Positions 14,346 through 25,404 of a stretch of 64,000 nucleotides of DNA are shown here, in pieces. The translations under genes were made by a program, and so were the position numbers. The notes below the pieces were generated by a model that ran no database searches, was not told the DNA's origin, and saw only the letters and a program-made list of their open reading frames with translations. The stretch comes from Hormiphora californensis (Eukaryota > Animalia > Ctenophora): assembly GCA_020137815.1 (NCBI GenBank), contig CM035355.1, positions 2,108,001-2,172,000 on the forward strand. The letters are read 5' to 3'. How positions within the stretch are numbered: position 1 is the first letter of the stretch; each line of letters starts with the position of its first letter.

Positions 14346-14917
14346 ACTACGGTAAAGGAAATTTACAATTATTAATAAATTTACAATTATTAATAAAAGT
14401 TGTAAAAATCTCGAGAAAAATCGAGACAGAATGGCCGATAATAAAAGAGAATTAAACATGTTATACCCTCTCTTTCTCTCTCTTTCTGCTGCTCGCTCAA
14501 ACGCGTGCCACACTTGATAAGGGCTAATAGGGGGTCTACGCAGGATCGGGGGGGTTGTTTGCAAGAACACTGAGAGATTTAACAAAGCGTTCTTGGCCGC
14601 GATGATACTGAGTGACGGTGATGGCCGATAAAAATAGCCACCACAACTACAAGAAACTATTCAAGTACTAGACCTTTACATTTAGCTACCAAGTATACAC
14701 TATAACGATAATTATGTAATTATAATTAAATTATATATATATGGATCGATTACAGTACAATTATGCCGTGGCAAAAGTGGAGACCTGACAATACTGCCGC
14801 ACATTGCCGAGCGAATATAATAGCTATTTAATATTATCAAAACACAATCTCGATATAATACACGTGCCCAGACTCCAGTGAGAGAGCTGAAGCTGGAGAG
14901 ATAAGAGAGAGCGGAGG

Positions 14918-14965
<48 letters not shown>

Positions 14966-15045
14966 GAGAGGAGAGAGAGAAGAGAGAAGAGAGAGGCGTG
15001 GAGGATAGAGAGGAGGAGAGAGAGAGAGAGGAGAGAGGAGGAGAG

Positions 15046-15131
<86 letters not shown>

Positions 15132-15150
15132 AGAGAGAGAGAGAGAGAGA

Positions 15151-15236
<86 letters not shown>

Positions 15237-16059
15237 AGAGAGAGATGAAAGCACAGGAAATCACAGTGTTATACAATACTGTTGTAGGATAGAGAAAAGA
15301 GAGGCAATTACAATATATACTCCGAATATTATATGCAGCTGTGGAATGTAACGCTAGCCAAAACATACAAACGTTCTATGAAATTCAACAGTATGTTATT
15401 ATGTAACATCCAACGTCATTCATTACTCGGCAGGGCGTTATCCGTGTAAGTCATTGTAGCTGTGTATTGGTGGCCGCGATTGGCAGCTCTCCTGTAAAAG
15501 CTGCTGCTAAGACCACTTGCACTGTAGGGTAAGGAAAAGATGCAACAGAATGAGAGGACATCTCATCAGAGGATCCCTCTCTCTCATATTTACAGTTTAC
15601 AATTAAAAAGTTACATTCAGATGTGGATATGCCGTTCTCTCAAGCTGGACAGATCGTGCACGGCATAATGGGATGTAGGTTCAAGGGGTTTTAAAAAGCA
15701 CCCACAACCTCTAACAAACTCTGAGTTGGACAAAGCACCATTATTATTATGAAATCTGAGTTTACATAATTGACACATAACCAAATGGCACCCTCCTATT
15801 TGCGAGGAAGTAGGAACTCAAGGTCACCCTCAGATCAACCCATTATCAAGCACATCGCAATACATATACGATTGAATAGTGTGTTAAAAGACAGTGTAAA
15901 ATAAAAAACCCGGCGATTGTTTTTTTCACAGTGGATAATAAATAGCAAAAGCTATCACACCTGAGAAGAAAATGTAACTCCGCTGAACTTAAATACCACG
16001 CTTATTAAGCTAGACTAGAATTCGCGAACTCCCGTATCCCTTCCCCTGATAGACTGTCT

Positions 16060-16160
16060 GGCGGAGCCGCCCCAATTTTTATTCTCGAAAAAGTGCACTC
16101 GGTCCTCGGTCCGAGGACCGAGTGCACTTTTTCGAGAATAAAAATTGGGGCGGCTCCGCC
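16060..16160. repeat. Perfect 101-bp palindrome (50-bp arms, 1-nt centre at 16110)
   Basis: GGCGGAGCCGCCCCAATTTTTATTCTCGAAAAAGTGCACTCGGTCCTCGG-T-reverse complement. Confidence 0.92.
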
Positions 16161-17468
16161 GACAGAAGAGGACCTCGGATAGGGTCGGCCGCCGACAGAA
16201 GATTGGAGATGCATTTTAAGGAAAAGGGTATTCAGATGTCGATTTTTCGCTTGACATCATAGCGCCGTGAAGATAAAGCCAGCTGCCAGACAGCAGCGAG
16301 CTGAGTCTGAGTATCGAAGTTCTCGAAATTTTGTAAACGAACTTTTTATTTTTTAAACACGGAAATAAATCATTTTTTTACCCGGCCGATCGGCCCATCA
16401 ACTTTTTGCGCTGCCAAGTTTTCGTTCAAATGTAACACGCATACACCTGCGTTTATCGCTGCAATTGCGCGCGTTCCTTTCTCAATCGTATCGTCGCGAG
16501 CGCGATCCGACCGGCCGAACAAAAACTTTTGAAGTAAAAAAATTGAAAACCAAACTTTTCGAAAAAGTTTTACTCTCCCTTGGAATGCGCTGCAGCCCCC
16601 TCATGCGCGCACCCCCGCAACGAGGGGACTGGAGGGAATGCCGCGCGCGCGTTTGGCCTGATCCCGGCTGGGTCGAAGATAACTTTGCGGTCGAAAAAAC
16701 GGCGGTGCTTATAACTTTGGCTCCTGAAGTCCGTTTGACTTGATTCTTTCACCAGTTGTTAGATCTGACGATTATCTACCTTGCTGTTTTTGAGAGAAGT
16801 TAATTGGACTTAAGGAGGCTGAGCAATAGCCGTTGAAAGATGGGTTGTTTTCAAAAAGTGACGTCACAGATTCTTGCAGGGACACCTTTTTTAAAATTTC
16901 ATTCAAATTTTGATTTTACCGCACTCGATTTTGCGGAGTTTGGTTCATATCTCCTGTTCCTGATAAGATAGAGACCTGAAACCGGTTGCATTTGAAAGCT
17001 GTTATCTTCCTCTTTCCAACGCTACCAAAACGATTTCTGTACCTTATCTGGAACCGGAGATATGATTGATTATGTATTCCCCCCTAGCGCGGTATTCCCT
17101 CCAGGCCCCTTATATTATATTATAAGGGGCCTGCAACGTATGCCAATACTCTCCCGACGCCCGTTCATCCATCTTTGAGGCATTTAAAATCCTCTTGATA
17201 GTCGCTTATTAGGCCTGAAGGTCTTAGATTAAAGGTTTTGAGAGTTTACCACTAAAACTCTACGGATTCGCTCGGTTTCTATCTTTCCATACGTGCCGGA
17301 AATACCACATTTTGGTATGCTTGTTTTGGTTATGGTGCAATATTACATGTTATATTGTAATGTATATCAGAGATAATAAATAAATAAATAACTGGTTACA
17401 AAAGCTGTATTGGTATCTTTTGTGTAGCTCCTTCATATCTAACTATTTGAATTGTTAACGTAGTTTCT

Positions 17469-20400
17469 ATGGATGGAACCTCTCCAGAGTCCGCTTTAGA
17501 ACTGGTCTCTATGGTCTTTCTTGAAGACGAGGTGAGTTCTAAGAGAGGCATGTTAGTTCAACGATATTTTGTCATCACCCGATTACAATTAATAATTTGT
17601 CAACGGTGGTTAGTTATAACATCTATTTTCAGGCAGGTAAAAGAGCGCACCACAACGCCTTGGAACGAAAAAGAAGGGACCATATTAAAGATAGTTTCTA
17701 TTGCCTTCGCGATGCTGTGCCTCAACTGCGAGGCGAGAAGGTAACCACTCTTTTTAATACGGACAAGTAATTACGGTAAAAATCACTGTGAACTAGCAGA
17801 AGTTCAATGTTCAATAACTAGCAAATTGCTTCGTTCTTCCACGATAATCTTGCAGGCCTCCAGAGCTCTCATTTTAAACAAAGCAACGGATTACATCAAA
17901 TGCCTCAAAACGAAGAACATGTCCCACAAAAAGGATATCGATGACATAAAACGACAAAACGATGTCCTTGAGCATGAGAGTAAGTTCCCAATATATCATA
18001 AACATTGTTTTAATTACTAGTCATGTCTGTTGAAAAACAACATGCCAGAAATTATTGAGGGGATGTATGAAGATTGAATTTCTCTGACGATACTTATCCT
18101 TGGGGGTGACAGAAACTGTTATACTGGTGGTGGTCCCACCTTTGACCACCAACGATACTGGGGATCCTGTAAAACGGATTTCAAGATTCCTAAAATAAAC
18201 CCTATTTCAGTTGACAAGATTATCAAGCTAAACAACTCACTTGGTAAAGATCGGATAGACCTGTTCGGGGAGGATTTTGTGATATCAAACTCTAACACCA
18301 AACAAGAAAGGTAACAAATTGGAAATTGTGAGAGATCTGGATCCAGGTTGAATAAGTTGCCAGGTGTAGGCTTGACATGCAAAATGGGTTCAGGTGGTTC
18401 TATCGACTGTCTGATTAACAATACATTATCCAGTATCTTGGTGCAGTGGGAATAAAAAAGAGTTCACACTTTACATTTCCTCCAATTATATCAACTAGCA
18501 AAACTGGGGCGATCGTACCGATCGCAAATCGAGGGGTCTGTTTTTCTCTCTGCCTGTCTGCTATATGCTATGTGATATGATCCATCTCTTTTTCTCTCTT
18601 TCTCTCCCTTTTATACATGTGATGTGACCCCTCAAGTCGCAAGCAGTTCTCAACGCGTGTGATACGTGATACCTACGAATCACGTCGTCACACTGACGGA
18701 TCATGTCGTCACGCTGACGGATCACGTCGTCACATTGACGGATCACGTCGTCACATTGACGATAGGGTGTCACATTTCCGTGCAAATTTGCATTAGATAT
18801 AGTTAGATTTGTTCCTTCGTGTGTAATGTTCTCCTATCTGCAGGTCGGAAAAAGATGATCCAAATGAGAAAGACGGCGCTTCAGAAAACAAAACAACGAT
18901 ACTGAAACTGTCAAAACCAATCGTAGTAAAGTGAGTATGTCTATCTCCGCTAACCATCTCTTAGCTCTCTTTTTAAACATTTGCCTAATGCATTTTGTCT
19001 CTATCATCTATCTTTGATTACTGAACCATCATGTTTACCAGCTGCCAGAACTCTAAAAACCCCCTCTAAAAACTCCTAGAACCCTCAGCTCGGTTACACT
19101 TCTTCGTTAGATTAGTTCCTTTAGTCTTTGAACACACGGTTCCTCCTTTTAATAAACCCTCCCCCATTTAGAAGTGATGGGATTGAGGGAAGTGAGGGCA
19201 AATCCGTCAGCAAAATCACCCTACCACCGTAAGTAGCAACATAACAATCAGGAATCGACCGACACAAGTAATCAAGTAAATTTAGGTCACGTGACTGGTT
19301 ATCAGCCAATCAGGGACCAATATTTCCTGATTCGGTCGTTTCATGATAATAATATGTAGATGATAACTAGAATTAGATATTGAAGTTTGTTATAATGCAA
19401 TGCTTGTGTGTGGACTATTGCAATCCAAAGAAGTTATGTATCACTGTCTAACTTCTAAGTTATCGAAACGATATCAGTATGATGATAAATGATTGATGTA
19501 CTTCATCGTCCTGTGCATGTGAGGGAGCCCGAACAAGTCACGTATATAGCACGAGCCATGGCTCCCCAAATGGTGGAACTGAGTGGAATAGGAACAACTA
19601 AAACACCGGATATTGTAGCTGAAACATTTATTCACTAGATAATATCTACTGGCTAGAATCTAGATATCAGTATACCTAGTTCGTATGAACTATGAATTTA
19701 AAATTAAATGCAATGCTAAATGAGTCCTAACCAGTACAAAAAGTGAGTGCTGACACTGTGCCGCGCTCCAGAAATAGCTCCATGCTGCTACTACTCTCCC
19801 TCTCTCTCTTCTCAGCAGTGTGTCGTATCCGGCCTAGGTAGCTCTCGACCAATCACGAGCCGCGCTCGCTATCACGTGACATGTCGCGTGGTCCAGGAAG
19901 GAGAATGCACACAACTCCCCTCCCTATTGGTGGGCGGGGTCACGTGGTCTGGGATGTAGGAAATGGAGGGTTTTCATTGGTCAGTGGTCGTCCCGTGCCC
20001 AAACCTCTGTGTACATTGTATGCGAGATCGCGGGAGAGGGGCGGCAAAGAGGGAGTGTGAGGGAGAGATAGAGAGTAAAAAGAGAGAGAGGAAGGGAGAG
20101 AGAAAGGGAGAGTAAAAACCACGAGAGAACCACGCGTTCACATCTACAATATGTGTACTAGGAGCGTGTAATGTGTGTGTGTATAGAATTGAGCTAACAA
20201 CGCCTTTTTACTGCAAATAAAGCAAAGCTTACACGTTGTTGATTTCACACTTTCTCTCAGTGGTGCGATAAAAAGTGGGGGTACGATACAAATACCGGCT
20301 TCAGCACTAGCAAAGGCCCTACCAAATGGATTTAAAAATGTCACAGCCATCTATAAACAGAGTAAGTGGTATCTGGGGTTAGCAATACTCTGGGGGCCTC

Positions 20401-23400
20401 CCTTGGTTAGTAACACTAGCATTTTGTAATCTTTTATAATCCTATTCTACAATCTCTATTGCTAATAATTAATAACATTATTCTACAATCTCTAACTCCT
20501 CTCCTCCTTTTCAGCGGGTACAAACAAGCCCATCCGGTTACAAATCCTCTCTCCGGCCAACAAGAAATCAACAACAACAACACCATCAGTTCCTCGAGAG
20601 GGATCAGAGAGGAAGGATAGCACCGAACCACGAACACCTGTCAACCAGCCCCTGTACGCTAAACCCCGCCCTCAATCAGCCTCCTTCCCTCCCAGCTCAG
20701 CACCAACCCCAGACACACCACCCTCAACCGGGGTGGTCAGTAGTGGTTATGAGAACGATAACTCAGCCAATAACTTTGCGGACGTAGATCCCAAAACAGA
20801 GCTCGACCTCAGTGAATATGACAGTTATAAGCAGACTGAAAAGAAATACTCAGGAAAGCCTAACAACGAATTCAAGTTGTTGTCCAGGGGCAATACTCGG
20901 GTGTCCCGACTTCATCCCCATAGAAACAAGTATGTTCCGGTGAACCAGGCGCTGGCAAGGGATCCTAGTGCCATGGCAACTATTAGTGAGAGTGAGTTGG
21001 CATTCCTGACAAGACCTAACTCAAATCCTGGTTAGTAACTCTTTCTCCCTTCCCAGTTTAGTTGATTATTATTGATTACAGGATTGCAGTCGGACTCATT
21101 ACTTCGATATTCCAACTTCCCTGGCCCTGCCACCTTTTAAATTATGACAATCTTAAAGGGAACAGGGAACCCGTTACGTTATTAGTAGTTCCCTTTTGTC
21201 CTGCTCAACCCTCTCTCTCCCATAGTTCCGACCCTAACAATCGATTTCTCTGTAACACTTCCCTCCCTCTAGGACCAACCACCACCACGACCACCACAAC
21301 ATCGACCGTGTCGACCCTGGAGCTAGCCAAGGAGCGTAGTAAAATAGAGCATGGTAACATCCCAATCCTCTACAAGGGCTCCCTTCTCTCCGACAGGGAC
21401 AAGGATGAAGAAGATATAGAACCGATTCAGAAACCTGTACTGTATGGACCACGGGCTATGGATGTGAGTAAGGTGTGGTTACAGAACTTTTTGAACCTTT
21501 TTGAATCTTTTTGAAATTATTTGAAACTTTTTGAAACTTTTTGAATCTTTTTGAAACTTTTTATTATTATTTTCGAACCTTTTTCGAAATTTTTCGAACC
21601 TATTATTATTATTATCATGATATATTTTCAGGGATCCCGGCCCTTTGCTTGTCACATCTGTGGTAAGAGTTTCAACATGTTATCCTCGCTCAAGGTCCAC
21701 GAGCACATACACGTGCCTGTAAAGAAGAAACCGTACCCTTGTGATCTTTGTCACAGGTAATAGTTAACATAGTGTAACACTAACAGTTAACACAGTGTAA
21801 CAGCAGCTAGGGCCAATCCTCTTCATCATTTACGTAGCTAACAAAGCAGAGTACTGTATAGTGAAATAAGCATCAATTTGATTCTCAACAAAATCAATCT
21901 CTTGATCTTGGTTGCAATCATCAAGAGGGTGCACCATTCTATTTCTGCTTGAAACAGTTTAGAGACCTGTGGTGGGCTGCCCCCATCCCTCCTTCTAAAT
22001 GTCGTCAAAGACAAATTGAACTGTTATACAGTAGGGGGGTCCAGAGCAGTATAATGAATTATTGCCCCCATATTATGCGATCTAAACTGGAGAGAGTGAC
22101 AGTGAAGTAGAGATCTTCAAACTCTTTAGAACTCTATTTTATGATGCTCTGTTTTTGACCAATCCATCCCTCCCAGATCGTTCATGACGCTGAGAATCCT
22201 CAGCCAACACAAGGAAAGCCATTTCGGACGGATCTCTACCTTCCATCGTCAAGCTGCCCTCTGCAGAAAGAGGAACTCAGATGTAAGTGTGTTACTAAAA
22301 ACTGAACCTTTCACACAGGGTGTTACTAAAAAACTGAACCCTTCACAGGGTGTCTTGAAAAACTTGAGCCCATATATTATCTAGGTGTACATCATTATAT
22401 TATTAAGCATATTGGTGTGTTGTTAAATACTGAATACCATTAGTAGTGTTTGTGTGTGTGTGTTTGTCACGGGATTTAGACTGTCACACACAAACACACA
22501 CACACATTGTGCCTGTACTTGTAGTTAGGGTCACCACACACCAAAGTTAAAATTAAAATTAAAATTTGACGTTTTTGGTCATAACTCTCCCATTTCTTGG
22601 CAAAATTGCTTCATTATGTGCTTTTTGGAAAGAGGGCATCGAGCCCGTTCTAAAGAGCTCAAGAAACCTAAAATCGGCGCAAAGTGCGCGGCGTTAAGGC
22701 GCATAATGCGCGTGCTAAAATTTTAAAATTTTAACGCACACATTTTGCACTATAACGCCGCGCACTTTGCGCGGATTTCAAGTTTCTTGAGCTCTTTAGA
22801 ACGGGCTCGATGCCCTCTTTCCAAAGAGCCCAAAATGAAGCAATTTTGCCAAGAAATGGGAGAGTTATGACCAAAAACGTCAAATTTTAATTTTAATTTT
22901 AACTTTGGTGTGTGGTGACCCTAACACACTCTGCCTGTAGTTACACACTCTTTATGTTATAGTTACACTGATCAATGCTAATGTTTACACCCTCCCCCTC
23001 CCCTTTTTCAGACGGTGGCGTCAAGAAGCCGTGGTGTCAGTTACGCTACCTACCCACAGGGCATCAAAAGTGCAGGTTCGTCCATCTCTCCTGATCAAAC
23101 TTCAAGCTCGACGCTAGAACATATAACAACCCATTAGGCATTTATTATGAGCCATTGGAAATTCCTTTCCATCTAACGCAACCTCTCGCTCCAAACCCAT
23201 TTTTTATCTATCACCGACCTAACCCCCATTATTTCGCAGCGTCCCAGAACCCCCATTCGCCAAGGACATCCATTACCAACATTTTCCATGTCCGAGCAAG
23301 CAGCGGTGGTAGTAATGACGCTACGACCGAGAAGAGTTATGTTACCATTACCCCCTCGAAAAGCATGGTCATGCCCCGACCTTCATCTAGTTCGACCAGC

Positions 23401-24061
23401 TCAAAACCGGGCAACCAGGTATGTTGGCGGTGCTATAATTGGGGAATAGTAGGTATAGATCTCTCTTTCTTATAGAGAACGAGAAACCTTCTATAATACA
23501 CTGATATATTACCACTGCGCTGCTACCTCTCTAAACTATCTCTCGTCCTCTCAGCGAATACTGCCCACGACCCGAGTTAGGCAGGGCCAAGTAATAGTCC
23601 AGGCACGACCTGGTATCGCTGCATCGGCATACAAAGTGAGGACTAAAGCAGGTGAGATACGGCCCCGGTCCCCTCCTCGATTAGTCTCCCTAGCGTGGAC
23701 GCAACGTGTTCACTTTTCTTCACGTGTGGCCCATTTGCGGGGAATGCTAACGCGCTCATAATCTGTAGCGCGCATCTCATGTAAAGGCTGACATTAACAG
23801 TACTGTATGAATGCGCGTCACCCTCCCTTTATGTTCAATAAACAACACCGAGCCCGCCAAAGTGATCCCCCTCACAGCTTGAATTGGGGGACCTCGAAAT
23901 ATCATTCATCATTTTCAACTGACACAACTTTCCTTCTTACAGAGGCAGAGGAAACGCGAAACTTCGGTAAAGTGGTCCCGATCAAGCGGGAACAAGAGAT
24001 GGGAGGAGAGAAAGAACATGACAAGAAATCAAGAGAGGATGGTGGTGTTATGAAGTCGTAG
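17469..24061 (+). CDS. MAX: Max bHLH-leucine zipper protein with a predicted long C-terminal extension carrying two C2H2 zinc fingers (~659 aa). Exons: 17469-17531, 17633-17740, 17856-17979, 18211-18310, 18844-18930, 20261-20361, 20515-21030, 21273-21463, 21632-21756, 22177-22282, 23012-23075, 23240-23418, 23555-23651, 23943-24061.
   Basis: Exons 2-3 encode [77 protein letters not shown], the Max signature. All 13 introns are GT-AG and phase-compatible, totalling 1980 nt. Fingers: [23 protein letters not shown] and [23 protein letters not shown]. Max identity is near certain; the exon 5-6 join is inferred. Confidence 0.8.
18676..18762. repeat. 21-bp tandem repeat x4 (CGGATCACGTCGTCACATTGA) in Max intron 4
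   Basis: Directly visible. It lies downstream of an ACTAG plus GCGATCG/CGATCGC hairpin at ~18493-18525, a possible inverted Helitron 3' end. Confidence 0.8.
19249..19345 (-). mobile_element. Diverged second copy of the hAT MITE, in reverse orientation
   Basis: Shares TTTAGGTCACGTGACTGGTTATCAGCCAATCAGGGACCA with the reverse complement of 3151-3259. Degenerate 8-bp TSD ATAACAAT/ATAATAAT. Confidence 0.85.
19845..19985. promoter_or_regulatory. Promoter/enhancer-like cluster in intron 5 of the Max model
   Basis: CCAAT at 19849, CACGTG at 19873, ATTGG at 19926, GC box GGGCGGGG at 19932, CACGTG at 19941 and ATTGG at 19976, all in a CpG-rich patch. Confidence 0.5.
22528..22921. mobile_element. ~394-bp palindromic MITE with GGGTCACC termini, flanked by TA (TTA/TAA)
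   Basis: Near-perfect inverted arms over almost its whole length. It sits in the intron between Max-model exons 10 and 11. Confidence 0.85.
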
Positions 24062-24960
24062 TTGTAGGACACTGTGTGACAAGTGTGTGTGTGATTAGGA
24101 GACCTCTTGAAAAGAGAGTCTGTGTGTGTGAGTGTGTGTGTGTGTGCTGCTCTCTGCTTCTGTATACAATTTGGTTGTCGATCGCCCGACTAGAGATTCT
24201 TCTCTTTTTCTTCATTCTCCGTTTTTGAAGACCTAGTTTTGGTGAAATTATTCTGTGCTCGATGGGCGACATTTATATTTACATACAGTCGCCCCCGACG
24301 CCCAGTTTATTCTTTAATCATTTGAAACTTGAGTGTAAGACATTTCAAGTCCTAATTGCTAATATGTATTAGAACCCATATTTCTTAACAGTAAAAAGAT
24401 ACATTGTTTTATTTCTCTATTCGATAGAGTCTATCGTGGCATAATACGGGCGGGGTCATGTAGTGTATGATTATGGATAATTTGAGTAGCCACTGGTACA
24501 CTGTTTACATCTGTCTGATAGCTGAAACAAGCCGGTGGTTTTGACTTTTGTTACTACCCCTGTTACACTGTAGACTAGTTAAAACTATGTTGTGTACGGT
24601 ATATTATACCAAACAATACACACACACTGACAGGCGTGACAGGCTAGCTCACAGTCAAGACGTTACAATTCTACAATTCTCCCTCCAGTACGCGCGTGAG
24701 CGAAATGAAACACCAACCCCACTTTTAACACAGGGGAGACCTCGCGCGCTACATAACGCACTTTTCTGGATGTACTGATTGCTATGCGCCTTGAGGCAGA
24801 AAGAAGAAGGAGGGAGTGACCTGTGTTATATGTATGGTTGGAGTAAGAGAGAAAGGAAGATTTAAAATTGAAACACACTTGATTTTGGCATAGAAACTGG
24901 GTCAATGGCGAGTTCAATGGTGTGTAAATACAAATATATATTAAACTAAATGTCCCTCTC

Positions 24961-25005
<45 letters not shown>

Positions 25006-25404
25006 TCACTATCGTTCTTTTTTCTCTCTCTATCTCTCTCTCACACTATCTTTCTTTTTTTTTCTCTCTCTCTCTCTCTCACACACACACACTCAGTGGT
25101 ATAGTCAACCTAATGATAATGATATCTGCATAAACGAAACCTCAATAATTAACAATCTTGAATCTTTCTAATAAAAGAATGGTATTCTCAGAACATTATA
25201 AATACTCGACTCTCTTTCTTCCTCAAACTCGTTCAGTGTTTCACTTCTTTTAATTTATTACTCAATTCACACCCAAATTCATCACCCTCTCTCACACAAT
25301 AACTCTACTGTACACAAACACACAGTCTAGATCTATACTTTTATTAGTGTGCATTAGTTCACACTCTCACACTATAATATCACACATCACACGTGTGTGA
25401 TCTA

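Noticed and set aside
18676-18762. Short regular repeats as a possible CRISPR array (also 27330-27415 and 54175-54226)
   Set aside because: Head-to-tail tandem repeats with no unique spacers, no cas genes and a eukaryotic context.
20326-20361. ATG as the start of a stand-alone zinc-finger gene
   Set aside because: After splicing to 20515 it is out of frame with the finger ORF and stops near 20788.
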